DNA from: the human T2T-CHM13v2.0 reference genome, Homo sapiens
Assembly (NCBI RefSeq): GCF_009914755.1
Contig: NC_060934.1
Length of the DNA: 64,000 nt
Reading direction: 5' to 3' (one strand)
The notes under the pieces are model-generated. The model searched no databases and had not been told where the DNA came from. It was given only the letters and a program-made list of their open reading frames with translations. Position numbers and translations under genes: made by a program. Below are positions 12,767-28,798 of the stretch, piece after piece. The first letter of the stretch is position 1. Each line of letters starts with the position of its first letter.

Positions 12767-13221
12767 TGTACTAGTTTTCTAGGACTGTTACAATAAAGTA
12801 GCACAAACCAGGTGGCTTAAAACAATAGAAGTGTATTCTCTCATAGGACCTGAGGCTACATGTTTGAAATCAAGGTGTTGGGATGTACCTCTCCCTCTGA
12901 AGGCTCTAGGGAATAATTCTTTCTTGCTTCTTTTAGATTCTAGTGGTTGCTGGCAATCCTTGGCATTCCTTGGCTTGTAGATTTATCCCTCCAATCTCCA
13001 CCTCCTTCTTCACATAGTCTTCTCATTTGTGCATCTATGTTTCTATGTTCAAATTTCTTTCTTTTTTAAAACACACTGGCCATTTTGGGTTTAAGGCCCA
13101 TTCTACTCCAGTCTGACCTTATTTTCATTGCATCTGCAAAGGCCCCATTTTCAAATAAGATCACATTCACAGGTTCTGGGTGGCCATGAATTCTTGGGGG
13201 GATGTTGTTCAACCCAGAACA
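12767..13221 (-). mobile_element. MLT1C/D-type MaLR solo LTR inserted in (GGT/GAT)n low-complexity sequence
   Basis: tgtactagttttctagg...ttcaacccagaaca; imperfect TSD ggagt/tgagt. Confidence 0.85.
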
Positions 13222-14464
13222 TGAGTGGTGGTAATGGAGATGGGATGGTGGTATTAACGGGTATGGTAGTCTGTGGTGAGGGTGTTGGTGATATTGATGG
13301 TAGTGATGATGTGGGGGTATCCAAGGGTTCCATCTCACATGATATGTACTCAGTTGTAGCAAAAATACTTATTGTACATTGATCCAAAATTGGCTGCAAA
13401 CCTGTGACTGGTTCTTGGCACATGCATCACTACAGAGTAACAACAACATAAAAGGCCTATTGATGATGTCTTAAGGGCTCTTTGAGAAGTAAGGGGAGGC
13501 AGAAAGCAGTTGTATCCTCATGACACCGAGGCAGATGTTTCCGTCTTTAGGAAGGAAGACAGCATTTCTCTGTACAAAGCACTTTCAGTTTTTACAGAGC
13601 AATAATATTTAAATGTAAGACATTCAACTTGTAATCAAAATGGGAAATAGATAATAAGACCTTTAAAGGAAATATGCGTGATGCTTTTGTAGTCCATGTT
13701 CAGGATCATCTTCCTCTTATTTCTTATAAGAAATTTTACAAGGTCTGTCCTCATGTCATTCAGTGGGCCTGAAATTGTATCTGTTTTTCCCCTTGCTCTA
13801 AAAGTTATATTGAAGGAATGATTTTGCACTATTGCACACTAAAAAAGCCCCTACTCAGAAATTTTAAAAACATCTAAACTCATATTCAGATATAGTGGAG
13901 TAAATGAATAATTGTTTCAGCCAGAGGGTTTTCTCAATTAGCATTTTAAGGTCAAAATTTACCCTAGAATCCTGTAGAATCAGTGGCTGTGAGTCACCTA
14001 CTCTTTCCTTTCACATAATCTATTTCTTGCTGTCCACCTACTAGGCACCAAGTGAAATAATACCCTTTTTATGTTTCTCAGCTCTAGCTTGCAGAGAAGA
14101 GTAAAGAGAAATAACTACTCAGGGCAGGAAGATATTTGCAAGAAGGTAGCAAACCCCCAAATCCCTTTGACGGTGGGAACATCAAACTGAGCCCTTGAAG
14201 ACTAGAGTTCTGGGTACTCAATAATGTTCAAAGTAAAAATACTTCAGCAAATTGGATCAACACTAATTTATAAACTAAATTAAACAACATGCATTAAATG
14301 TAATCTATGGGAAGCCACAAAATATTTTGCTTTGCATATTTTTTAACCTTAGTGATAACAATTCTTAGACCAAAATAGAAATCTCCAGTGTTGCCTGTTT
14401 GTCAAGGAAGCCTTCTTCATTATATTTCAGGTGGAACTAAGGAGCACAATTATTTTGATAAACT

Positions 14465-14779
14465 TCTTTTTTACTTTTTCATTTTCTAGAGATAGTGTCT
14501 TGATCTCTTATGCAGGCTGGAGTGCAGTGGCGCGATCATAGCTCACTGTATCCTCAAACTCCTGGGCTCAAGTGACCCTTCCACCTATGTCTGTCTCCTG
14601 AGTAGCTGGGACTACAGATGCATGCCACCATGCCCAGCTAATTTTTATTTTATTTTATTTTATAGAGAAAGAATCTTGCAATGTTGCCCAGGCAGATCTT
14701 GAACTCCTAGCCTCAATCATCCTCCTACCTCAGCCTCCCAAAGCTTTGTGATTGCAGGTATGAGCCACTGTGCCAGGCC
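14465..14779 (-). mobile_element. AluJ
   Basis: gatcatagctcactg...ctcctgggctcaag (J-type). Confidence 0.95.
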
Positions 14780-15137
14780 TCTTTCTTACAACTTTAGAAT
14801 TTTTCCATAAGATTTCTCCTGTAGGTAAAGCCAGGTTATTCAGTGGAACTTATCCTTGGAATATATGTAAATTTGTGCCAGCAGATTTTTTTGTCTTTTT
14901 TATTTGGTTGCCAATGTTATGATAGCCATTTCTTTCTCATCAGTTTGGTTCATGCTGAATGCCTTGTGTTGGTGAACCTTATTGCTATGTCTTTATTAGC
15001 AAAGCCTCAGAGGTATTTCGGCATTTGGCCAAATATTTGCAAAATGTGCCAGTTAGTCAAGTGGAGAATTCATTTATTTTTGGGCAAATAATGGGTTTTT
15101 AAAATGGGATTTTCAGGTAAAGTGCTACTACATAGTG

Positions 15138-15178
15138 AAAGCCTGCTATGGTGCAAAGCCTGCTATGGTGCAAAGCCT
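15138..15178. repeat. 17-bp tandem repeat x2.4 (aaagcctgctatggtgc)
   Basis: Directly visible in the sequence. Confidence 0.9.
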
Positions 15179-16042
15179 AGGAGATCACCAAGAACCAGCC
15201 CTTCCCTTCCCTCCATTTCCTGGGAATCACAGTGTCCCAGGAAGCTCTCATCTTTCATTAGCTATTGACTGAGAGAGATTTTTGCAGCTGCAATGGAAAT
15301 GCCCTCTCGACAGTGTCACTTGCTTTTGGTTTAAGCCCGAAAAAGGTACAGCAGGTCAAGTCCCATTTGCTGCTGTTTGACTGGAGTGTGGGCTTGTGTG
15401 TGTCTTCACCCTCTAGCACAGACTTGTTTTTTTTTTTTTTTTTTTTTTTTTTGATGAGACTACAAGGAAGAACACTTTTCCTTCACTGCATGTATTTTAC
15501 TGTTATTATTGTTGAAACCATTCCTTCCACCTCCAACCTTTCCCCGTTACCACACACACACACACACACCCCAAACCCGAAACCAACCACAACAGCAAAA
15601 AACCCAAATTATATAAAGGGCAAAGGTAATGCAGTTAATCTCTGAATTACTTTGGATTCCTAACAAAGAAAGAACCTAAACAAGAACAGCATCTGTTTAA
15701 AGTAAAAGAATGTTTTCTTACAAAAAATATTGTTATTGCTTATTTTAGAATTGCCATTATGCTTCTGAAACGTACTATGAGAGTAATAAATGTTAATTAC
15801 CAGAGATTAGAAAGTGCAGGCAAGGAGAAAGATAAAAAAAGTCTCCAAAATTATACTCACCAGAAAAAAACAATCACCGTTAGAAATCTCAGGGTAATGC
15901 TTTCCAGATACTTCTTTTTCTTTTTCCTTACTTTTCACATTTTTTTCTTTTACTTTTTGTATTTTATTTTATGCTTTGGATGGGGATGTAGGTATATGTG
16001 AGTGTATTTGAGTGAACACAAGTATGTTTTTTCATATAGGTC

Positions 16043-16375
<333 letters not shown>

Positions 16376-17130
16376 TAAAACGGCTTAATTCTTTCATGTT
16401 CTGGTGGGGGAGCAGGTAGCAGAGTGTTATAAGAGAGAATATCCCAGAATAAGTGACCAGAGAAATCCTTTTTGGTGAATGACATTTATGGTGAGATATT
16501 AAGGTTGAGATCTGTTGTCATGCTAAGAATGGGGAGACGAACTTTGTAGGTAGCAGGGATCCCAGTTGACAAGGCCTTTGGGTGGAAGGAGAGCTTGGCT
16601 CACTCATGCATCTGAAAGAACCAGGGGGCTGAAGCACACAGGAAACTGGAGAGACAAGATAGAAGGTGGGCAGGGATCAGATCATCCAGGCATCTTCAAG
16701 GCCATGCTTGTTTAACTTAATGTATTGTGACTGTCTTTCTGTGGTCAACATTCTAAAAGCGGTAGATTTTGGTGTTAAGAGCCTGGCCACTGGAGTCAAA
16801 TAAATCCATTGTGTAAACTTAGACAAGCTAATTAATGTCCCCTAGTTTTAATTTCCAAATCTTTAAAGGGAGATGATTGTAGGCAATGTCTGAAGGGACC
16901 ATTGGGGAAAAAAAGTCAGATTATACGTATAAAACAATGAAGAGGCTGGCACCACTTTTAATCAGTTTTATGGTTGAATTTATTCAACACTCATTGATGG
17001 AGTAACCAAGGGCTTGGTCAAGAAAGGTTATTTAGCAGAAGCTATAATGGAGCTTCAAAGAGCAGAGCAGTGAAACTTGTACTTCTCCTCCTCACCACCT
17101 TTGGAATAATGAGCCCAGGTGCTCCATTGA

Positions 17131-17559
<429 letters not shown>

Positions 17560-18273
17560 TAGAGATGGTTGGTGAATCCACGTGGAATGTCTGATAAATA
17601 ACGAAAGCCACCGTGAATCACAGCCTTTTCTTTCCAGAAGGGAGATCACACTTTTACTCCAGTGCAGACTTTATGTATATAGAAAAATTGAAACATACTT
17701 TAAAAGATGTTTAAAATATATTTCAGCTTTTAAAAAGGAGGTTGAAAATCTGTAAAATTGTATGATTCCATTAAAAACATGGCATACATCCAGAGCTCTT
17801 GTGGCACTTGTATCAAGCGGTACAGCTATGCACACTCTCTAAGGCGGGCAGCTGTAAGGGCTGTCCTCTGCTTCTGGCATGCCACATTGGCTAAATATAT
17901 CGACCATCACCTCTGCATGCACAGCAGTAATTATTGACGTATTCCTGATGGTTTTCTCTGGCTGTGAAATTATGGGAAATTAAATATAGTTTATATTTTT
18001 ACAATGAACACGTATTACCTTTATAATAAAAAATAAAATTAAAAATCACTTAAAATTTCTTCAATTCTTTTCACACTCCTCTTCATGTAACTTCATATTT
18101 GTATCCAGCACTCACAACTCCAAGGACCATGCCCACGTATTCTTTTAGAATTTTAAAAATAAATTCCAGTAGGTCTTTCAAATACTGAAATCTCAGCACT
18201 GAAGTAGATTGCAGTGGGGCATCTGATGGGTACATTTCAAAAATGCTCAATTTGCTCTTAGGAGACTTGAATT

Positions 18274-18616
18274 GGCCAGGCGCAGTGGCTCACACCTATA
18301 ATCCCAGTACTTTGGGAGGCCGAGGCAGCAGGATTGGTTGAGACTGGGAGTTCGAGACCAGCCTGGGCAACATTGCGAGACCCTGTTTCTGAAAACAAAC
18401 AAACAAACAAACAAACAAAAATTTAAAAATCAGCTGGGCATGGGGGTGTGTGCCTGTAGTTCTAGCTACTCAGGAGGCTGAAGCAGGAGGATTGCTTAAA
18501 CTCAGGAGTTCAAGGATGCAGTGAACTGTGATCATGTCACTGTACTCCAGTCTGGACAACAGAGTGATAGCCTGTCTTTAAAAACAGAAAGCAAAAAAAA
18601 AAAAAAAAAAAAGAAA
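18274..18616 (+). mobile_element. AluJ with (AAAC)n expanded middle linker
   Basis: Full dimer; TSD agac(t/a)tgaatt. Confidence 0.95.
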
Positions 18617-19749
18617 GACATGAATTGTATGATTCCATTTTTGCTTTGGTCATTTACTGGGTGTAAACTCTTGGGTTTTCCTTATCTGTAAAACAGAGAA
18701 AACAGGGCCTCCTTTATGTGAGTTATAGATTATCTGATGATTCAAATAAGATATGAAAGTACTTTTAAACTAACGACACAAATACTAGCTGCTATTTATT
18801 TAAGTTATGATTCATTAATTAGTGTATCCTGTGAAGGCTCCAGTTTTGTTTTTATCAAAGATCACGTGGAGAAATGGCTTGCATTGGGATAATTTATAAC
18901 TTATTAAAAGTTTGCTTCTCATTAAGGGACTATTCTCTTTGGAAATTAGGTATTAAATATATGGTTTTTGTGGCAACACTGGGATGTGTGCTGTACTGCT
19001 CCTCCCTAAAAAAAGATCTTTTTTATATTTTAAGCATTAATCAGACTTGAGGCTATTTGCTTTCCCATCCTCAGACCCTCAAGTGCTTGTTGTAGGTTGG
19101 ATTGTGCTTGATATTCAGAATTGAGTATAAAAGCATGTGCTCTGCTCGTGGTTGGTCAGCTGCCTTGGAGAGGCTAGATTCTTCATCATGGCACAATTAC
19201 AGAAAAATACAGGGTTTTCCTGAGTGGCCAAAAAGGAGATGAGGTGGGTGTTGGGCAATTAGGACCTTATTTCTTTAAGTTTCTCCTGAAATTGTTAAAG
19301 TCAGCTCACACTTCTTTAGTTTTTTTTTTTTTTTGCCAAAACACAAGGCATCAAATAATGTTGGAAAATATCCTTGGTGCTCAGCTACAGAAGTTTCTTG
19401 AATCCACAAGTAATAAGGAGCTATTTGGCATCATTAAATACGGAGTGTGGGTTTATCACTCCAGTAAATGAATCAGGAGAGAATACTGAGTTAGCTTCCT
19501 GCTGAGATGTGGAGGACACCTGGAGTTTATCTAGCACCTCTCTGTGAGATCCCTGAGAGCCTCCTCGATGAGAATGCAGGTTTATTCCTTCTACCTGCTG
19601 AGGAGACAGAAAATTAGCATGATAATGGTGATAATTGTTCTGTCCTCTGGACAGCCTGGACATCAGGGAAGCTTTGAGGTTTCAGTAAATGCTTACTTAT
19701 TCCTCTGCTCTTGGTACAGGCCCGTCTCTTGGTCAAGATGAGAGATACA

Positions 19750-20033
19750 TAGAAATATAATATAAGCCCCATCTGTAACCATATGAAAAAAGTAAAAAGA
19801 AATAGACAAATTAATTTTAATGATCTCACTTAACATATCTAAATTATTATCATTTCAACATGTAATCAACATAAAAATTAATGAAATATTTTAAATTCTT
19901 TTTTTAGTTGTATGCTACATATTCAAACTCTGGTGCGTACTTTTTACTTAGAGCATGTCTCAGTTCGGACTAGCCATGTTTCAAAGGCCTTTTCACCACT
20001 TATGGCTAGTGGGGACCATGTTGGACAGTGCAG
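19750..20033. mobile_element. MER33/MER3-like hAT-Charlie DNA transposon
   Basis: ggactagccatgtttcaa...atggctagtggggaccatgttggacagtgcagg terminus. Confidence 0.7.
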
Positions 20034-22803
20034 GTTTATTCCTTACCAACCTGGCCCATAGTAGAAAGTGCTGTTTCCATGAGACAGCCTTTACTCCTCA
20101 GTAAGTATTTACTGGGCATCTAATATTTGCAGTTTACTACATTTTGGTTATATAACCATATAACTTGAATTTAATGAATGAATCAAGAAACATAATAATA
20201 AATAGTATAAGTAAAGTTTCTGGATATCTGTTTGCTAACTGTATGATACAGAAGCAGCTGAGTATGAGTTTTCATGAATTTGCAGTGTAGCTTTGGGATC
20301 ATCCAAGTTACAATTATAGGCTAGGTGACATAAAAGACATTGGCATTGGGGGGCTTTGTGTAGCATCAGGAAGAGCTAGACAGTCATCTCCTAAAAGCAG
20401 GTGAAACTGAAATAGAATAACGAACCCAAGGGTCTGCTGTCGAAGAGATGTAGTGTACTATTTAGGTGTCAGAGACTGAAAAAATACATAGTGAAGGTGG
20501 CTATGAGCACAAACTCTAGTAGAAGGGCAGGCATTGCTAATTACAGGCCTTGATTTGTATTTGAGGCACATCTTTTCTTGGGCATCTCCTGAGTTCCATG
20601 AGGACAGCCAATGAGTAGTGCCTAATAATTGTACTGCCTTTCTGCCAGGTGCCAACTCATGTTCGCCAATGTTTGAATACATTTTCAAACTTAATTTTTA
20701 CAAAAAATGTCATGAAATAGGCACTATTATTATCTCCATTAATTAATGATGAAATTGTAAATACACTGATGTTAAGAAGTGGGACTAGGACCACATGGGT
20801 ATTAAGTAGAGGGACCAAAACTTTGGCCCAGTTTTATCCAACCCCAAAACATATAATTTTAGCTTATAATTCTCTTCAAATTAGACAATACCATGGCTCA
20901 AAATATAAATAACTAGTCAGAGATTAAAACATGTATCTGTATGAATGGAGAAGCTTGATTGCATGTCTGATTTTAACCAGCTTAGATTAAAATTAAAGTG
21001 TACTTAAATTAACTTATTCAAGAACCAATTCAGAGGCCACTTTCTATAAAGAGCCCCACTTCAAGTCCCTTATTTGGAATGCATCTCTCCTTCCTCGGCT
21101 CTCCCCAAACAATTTACACATCTCTTGGTGCATAATAACCTTCTCTTTTGATTATAGTTATACATGAGCATGTTTTATCTGCCTTTTCTCTCCAGCCACT
21201 ACGTGTGTCTTGTACACAAAATAGCTCCTCAAAATATGTTTCAAATAGATGAACTAAATGACTAGATGGATGGAAAGATGAACAAATGAATAAATAAATG
21301 AATAAAACTATTCCTGTCCCCTTCAAAATAAGAGAAGTGTTTGTATAAATTACCTTGAGAGTAGGTAAAAACCCTTTGCAAAAAACCCCAGGGGTAAAAC
21401 CCTTTGACTATGGCAATAATATGCAACATAACTATTGTAAGAGGAGGGCAGTTTTAAAAATTCAAATAGTCATGTACTTGAAATATTAACTATTCAACTA
21501 TGCGTGTACTGGTTTATCATCCAGCACATAGATACAGTTTGTCTTTCACTTCACAAAGCTAGTTTCATGCATTTTAGAAAACGTGTTTTTCCCTGACCCC
21601 CCTCCAAGCTGTACTTGACAGGGACAAAACTGAGAGCATTGGGCACTGCAGGAATCATTGTGAGCTTTCAGGAGGGGAAAGTCATTTCTATGACTAGTAC
21701 TTTTCAGGAGACATGGGTGTGGTTTTCTCTTTTCGCATGTTTTAGACAAAAGTGGCGGACTGATGAGTTTAATACAATGGAATACCATGGCTTGTGCATG
21801 AGGGAGTAACTTTTTACAGGAATGTTTATTATCTTTGTCATCCGAATCCATATGCCATGCTCAGAAAATACAATGGATCTGTGTCCCGAGTGGAACAGAA
21901 ATAGTTTTTTCATGCTGAAATGTGTTTTGGTCACCATTTGACATTTTTAAGAAGCAGCTCTGTGAAATATTTTTGAAAGTGGATTTATGTATTCATATTC
22001 ATTCATGTGCTGTTTTTTCATCTATATATTCCCCATCTTATTCCAGAAAGGATTTAAGCTGGCTCATGCATTTGTTGTATTTGGAATGTTTCTTTATAGG
22101 TCAAGGACTAGTTTCCCAGTGAATTGATTTAAAGAACTGCAGTCCTCTGACTCAGGCTTGAATTCACATATGATATTGGCCATTTGGGATATCTCTCTGT
22201 TATATGGGCAGAGTAAACACAAGTATAAATCTGTGACAACATTTTGGATTTCTCAGATCAGGTACTCCATCATCTGCTTTTTATCACGTACAAAAGAAAT
22301 ACAAGGCCATTTATTTCCCTATTACCCTGTGTTCTGGATTTTTCTATTTATAAATGATATTTTATATGCTCTGTTTAGCAGTTAGTAATGAAGCATAAAG
22401 GGAAGCCATTTTAATTAATGCCTTATTTGCATGTGTAGCATGCACCTCTTTTCTTTGATATTATTGGAAAATTATTTTAAATTCAGTCAAAAGAAGATGC
22501 TTTAGGCAAATGAGGACTTGCTGATAGAGAGCTGTATTATTTTATTTTACTAATGAAATGCTGTTAATTTTTTCTCTGTATTTTACCTGCTGCAACTGGT
22601 TTCCTTGACTTTGTTCATACTACTAGGATTTTTGCAAAAAACAAAAAAAAAAACAAAAACAAACACAAAACTGGCCATAAGCATTGAATAGAATCATTGC
22701 AATTTTCTGTCAAACGAGTTTTGAAATACATCTGGTGTTTAACAACACATTGCTTATTTATTTATTTATTTCAAATCATTAACTACTATTGCATCATAAC
22801 AAA

Positions 22804-22848
22804 ACACACACACACACACACACATACATACACACACACACACACACA
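22804..22848. repeat. (CA)n microsatellite
   Basis: Directly visible in the sequence. Confidence 0.95.
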
Positions 22849-24579
22849 GCTTTGGTTCAATTATACTATATAGCCCTCCTGTTTCCATTGTGTTTGGGGG
22901 AAGTAAATGTAATAAATATTTTTAAATTCAGTAACCCATCTGTTGAATTCTTGTTGGAATTAACTGAGAGTTTGTATGGAAAAGGCTTAGCCTAGAACTT
23001 CATATGTATGGGACTAGGGGATAGAGCACTTGAAGGGATGGCATGGGCCCCAGGGCTGAAAAGAAGTGCTGAGTTAGGATAGGATATAAGAATATATAAG
23101 AATAGGATATAAGTGTGGCAGCGCTGAAAATCAGATGGACATTGCTTCAAAACCGAGCGTCGACACTTGATCTGATCTGCCTCTTAAACCTCTTTGAACG
23201 TCTCCTCCCTAATCTGTGATGGCAGAATGGTAATACTTATTTTGAAGTTGTGTCAGGATTGGTAGCAGCGTGCAGAGATTACAGCATGTATTATGAACTC
23301 ATAAATAACATTGCCTGGGGTGTTATTTTCATTAACTTCATCATCATCATCATCATCAAATATAATCCATTGCTTCAAAGAATTTATAGTCTAGTAAGGG
23401 ATAAAAAGATTGTGTGTTTGTATTAAAGATGGGGTGGAATTCTTATTAAGTATCAATTTCATTGCCAACATGGACATGGCAAATGACAGGTTCCCCCAAA
23501 AATTATTGAGGGAAACTGAGATTAGATATTGAGGAGATTTTGGGACACCAAAACCAAGGCAAATGAAGCACTAAGGCACTCGACAAAATGAGACACCCAT
23601 GAATGTCCAGAGGTATCACCTCAGAAGTTGGTCTGAGGGGCAATTACACAAGCAGAGCTGAGCAGAAACAGTGGCAATGAGGGGTGAGTGCAGCCAACCA
23701 GGAAACCTGCCGTCAATTGTGTTTTATTCTTGGCAAGGCCTTATTTGAAGTTTTCTTTCTTGATTTTGTTCTTCCCCGCTACTGCTAGCCACATCTGACA
23801 GATACACTAATATACGAAAAATTAAATAACAATAAAAATAACTTTATAAGACGTGCCTCAAGGCAGAATGAATATCAAGTACCAGATGATGATGGAAAGA
23901 ATTCTGCTGGAGTTCAGTGGACACAGCTGTCTTATGGCCTGAGGTGTAAGGATGACACTATGAGAAAGGGAGCCTTGACTTCACTTTTGAAGAAGTGTGC
24001 AGGGAGCACGCTGGGAAAAGGAGGGCTGGAAAAGAGATGAGATCTTGCTGGATCAACTGAAGCACCTGCCACCTGCTTGGCAGGACAGGAAATCTTAAAG
24101 TCAATGCTCCTCACCCTTAGCACCCTGCAACCAAAAAGAAAATTCGAAGGGTTCCTCACTCTATTTGATTGGAGTTTTGAAGAATCTGTGGCATCGATTC
24201 CTGGTGCTTTGCTGCCCAGGCACCCCTAATCTTAGCCCCCACCACTAGGGGGCCTCCCTCTAGTCTCCTTCCTTCTAAGCATTGATCACAGCCCACTCAG
24301 GTTTAATAAGCATGACTATCCATGTCTAAAAAAAAAATGATACTTTATGACATCAATTTGTTGTGAACTTTTCAAGCTTTTCTTCCCAAATAGCATATGG
24401 ATATTCAATTTGGAAAATTTTGATATAGGTTTAAACAAAATCAAATTCAAATAATCTGTAATTATGCCAACCCCAGAAAGCTAATGCTTTTGCTTATTTT
24501 TAGATATACTTCCAAATTTATAATATTATGAATAGTAGTACACGTCAGTAAGTACACATCTTATTTCACAAAACATGGG

Positions 24580-26560
24580 CTCACATTTTTCTAATTCATC
24601 TTATTCACTTAATGTTTTGTGAACATTTTTCCTTGTTATACATCTACTTCAGTAACATTTTTTACAATCTGAACAGAAATTAATTGTATAGAACAGAACA
24701 GGATTCCTTTGTTCATTTTTATATATGTTTCTTCTAATGTTTTTCTCATAACCTAATATGAAAGTGATAGGTTGTGGCTACATGTTTACTTATATTCATA
24801 ATAACATTTTAGGATATATTTTGCCAGAATGTATTTTATGGTCAAATGGTATTTACATTTTAAGTCTTTTTGGTATGTATTTGCAAATTGATTTTAAAAT
24901 ATTGATATTGATTTATGTGAAATGGGAATGTTTGAGAGTGCCCCTTCTTGGATTCTTAGCCAATACTGAGGCTTGTTATAATAAATAAATAAATAAACAA
25001 ATAAAAGCCTTTTCTCCCACTTTGATGGGAGAAAAATGGGATTCCATCATATTGTCATGCTAATCTCCACTAATTATAATTGCTAATTGTATTATTTATT
25101 TGTATATTCTTGATTGTGATTTGTTTGCTTATAATATTTGCCTAATCCTGGAGGTATTTATACTTCATTATCTTATTTTAGATAGTTCTTAATATGTATT
25201 AATAATAGTAACTCCATCTCTGAAAGAAATGCCAAGTAGTTTTGCTTCACATAGTCTGTCTGCTTAATATCTATCTGGATTTTTCCCCAAGTCAAACCTC
25301 TTAGTCTTTTCTTTTATGGTTTTTAACTTGTTAAGTAAGACTTTCCTCAATTCCAATTATTGAAATATCTATCTATCTGTCTACATTTATGCCTACTATG
25401 TTTATGATTGGATTTTTTATTTGTAAGATTTAATGTTTCTTAGGTTATTTTTGATGAGAATAAAGGATCCAGTGTGTAATTTTGACTGCTTGTACATATT
25501 TAGTCTGTTTTGTTGTTCTGGCCATTCCTTTTTAGTAGCAAGCACTATAACATTCAGGGAAATTTTCAATAACTAGTAATGCACATCTTAAAAATGTTCT
25601 GACTGTTTTCACTTCTTATGAAATTTAGACTTATTTGTTGGAACTCCAATACAATTTCTAGTGAAACTATGAATGGAAATGACATTTATGTTAATTTGAG
25701 AAGTAGGTTCTTTGCAATATCATTTTTTATCCTATAGCAACATTTGTCTCTCTATTCAAGCCTTCTTTTCTGTCCTTTTGTGGAAATGTTATGGTTCCCT
25801 TCATATAATAAGGTCTTATACAGTATATTCCCAAGTGTTTGCATTTTATCCTTGTCTCATTTCTTGATTTAAATGGAATGCCCCAGGTATTATACTATCC
25901 AGTTTAAATGCCCACTATTGCTATTTAGACATTTTAAATTAGGAATCAATGTTGAAATAGTTAACGACTTTTTTTGTCATCTCATCATTTGTTAAAAAAT
26001 TTTTTGACTTAGTTATATTAGGGGTTAAATTTAGAATCCCTTATATTGGCACTAACTTGATCGTTTTTTAACAAATCCTCCTATGATAATGTTTTGTATT
26101 ATTACATGACTTTTTTGAATAACACAAGTGCAGTTTTGTTACATAGATATTTTGCTCAGTAGTAGCTTTTAGTGTAACCATCACTTGAATAGTATACATT
26201 GTACCACTTAAGTAATTTCTCATTCCTTACACCCTCACATCCTTCCACCCTTCCAAGTTTCTAATGTCTATTATTCCACACTCTATGTGCATATGTACAT
26301 ATTATTTAGCTCCTACTTATAGTGTGAACATGCAGTATTTGACTTTTCGTTTCTGAGTTATTTCACTTAAGAGAATGGCCTCCAGTTTATCTCCATTGCT
26401 GCCCAAAACAAGACATTGATTTAATAATTAGGATTTCAGATTTACATTCATATAAAAATTTGTCTTTAGTTTTTTCTTTTCCTGTCTTTCGGGGGGTCAG
26501 GTGTGGGCATCAGTTGATGCTAGATTCTTGATTTGTAAAGCATTCCATCCTTTTCAGTGC
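24580..26560 (-). mobile_element. Old L1M(E) fragments containing a younger L1MA/PB 3' fragment (~26110-26405)
   Basis: T-rich antisense L1 sequence; the L1 3'UTR motif tatttagctcctacttatagtgtgaacatgcagtatttgact. Confidence 0.6.
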
Positions 26561-26957
26561 TCCAGAGAGAAAATATTTGAAAGAATTTACGTGTGAGCTG
26601 GGTTTGGAATGATTGTTCTTAAAAATATTTTTAAATGTCCCAAATATTTGCTGACAGATTTATAGAATGTCTAGGATTTGCTTAAAAAGAGCCTCAGGAA
26701 CAGCATGGAGGGAGGATCTGTGGGAGTATTATAAAACTCTGAGTATATGGGCTGGTTCCTTGTACATTGTTTTGCTTTTATACATGTTTGACATATTCAA
26801 AAAAGTTTCTAAAAATGAAATCACCTGCAAAATGTTTTCAGTGGTGGTTACAGATTTTCTAATGCCTCTAGTAATTTTGGTAATTTACATATTATTAGGA
26901 AATAATGAGAGTTTAATATTCTTAAACATGTGTTTTTATCAAGTCTCCTGTGTCTAA

Positions 26958-27370
<413 letters not shown>

Positions 27371-28757
27371 TCATGCGCTGACTCCAGGTGCCTCTCAAAC
27401 CTGAGCCCCAGCTTTGTTTTCTCCTCCATTTTCCCACACTCCTAAGAGACACTTGGAAATTCTTCCTCCTCAGCCTGGGGTGCTGTCAGCTGTAAAACAG
27501 TGTCCATCTTCTCCAAGACCCCCGGAGAATGCTGTTTCTCTTAAGCCTTCCACAAATTCCCCCTTGTTTTTATCTTCTGTCCCTTCTCTGAACCACATAA
27601 TGTTTTGTTCAGACTGTGGTATAGCCTTAATTGTACTGTATGACGTTTGCATGTTTGGAAACCCACCTTGTTCTTTTTTCCACCTACTCTGCTAGCAGAG
27701 GCCTTTGCCCTCAGGTGGCATGGGGAGAATATTTATAGGGTGAGCATGTAGAAACAGGCTGCGTATGTGCCTTAGGCCAGCAGTCTTGTTGTATGTCTGC
27801 AGCACTGAAATAGGTGCTCGTTAAATGTTTGTAGGATGAATGCTGAGTGAATGCAGTGGACAGGATACAGGCAGGTGATTGGGAGCCCAGTAGGACTGAC
27901 CCCGGTGGGATTAGTAGAGAGAAGTAGTGGGAGATAACTTGGGGTCATGTTGTCATTCACAGTTTGTGGATGGGAGCAGGTAGGGCTGGTGGTGACTATA
28001 GGAGGCACAGAACACGTACACAGCTCTTGCTCTTCAGAGGTTACCACAACAATGTGTATCTTTTCCAACTCATAATTAGTAGAAATGATGTTTGTATTAA
28101 GGTAACAGAAATATGCTCCTAAAGTACTTTCTCATTATATCCAAATCACTTTATCATCATTTGTTTTACTGTAGTTACACCACAATGTAAATAAAAGCAT
28201 TTAGAAAGACAGTTGTCTGAACTTCAAAGCTGTTTACATAGAGGACATTTGCTAGACTGGGCTTTTCCTCCATGTACCCTTGGGTGAGCTTGTGGTCTTC
28301 CCCCTAAAGATCACAGGCTATTTTACAAGTTTTCTTGTGAGCTGTTCAGCTTTCTTATAAGCATGAGTTACACCAGGGAGTTCATTTGGGTGGACAGAGT
28401 CCAGAAATGTCCTGTTTCGACTGGTTTGTTTAAGATGGCCATCAACATGTGAGGTAGGGAATGTGGACTTTCTATTATGGGGCTTTTTAAGACTCTAGAC
28501 CATCGTTCGAATTAATTTCGTTAGCCAAAGTTTTAGGCCTTTTGTCCAGTGTGCTCATTTGCTTCTTGGTTTGCTGGTATTATTCAGATCAAAGAAGGTC
28601 GGTCACTGGAGGAAAATGGCCAGCATCCATAACAATGTGTACAGTTACTGTTGTTTAATTGAGTGGATTTCCTGTTTGATAATTACTATTCTGTAGTTCT
28701 TGTGTGTGTTTTGAGGATGAGGGAGGAGGGACATATATGACATTTGTATATTTGCAG

Positions 28758-28798
28758 GTGAAAGAGAAAAAAAAGGCCTAAAGAAGGGGAATAATTAA
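28758..28798 (+). CDS. Possible alternative terminal exon (G-EREKKGLKKGNN*)
   Basis: catttgtatatttgcag| acceptor, phase-1 compatible with exon 11880-11943, stop at 28796-28798. About 1.1 kb of repeat-free sequence with ATTAAA hexamers follows. Confidence 0.25.

Noticed and set aside
13066-13423. His-rich and Pro/Thr-rich ORFs
   Set aside because: They derive from (GGT/GAT)n low-complexity sequence plus an MLT1 LTR.
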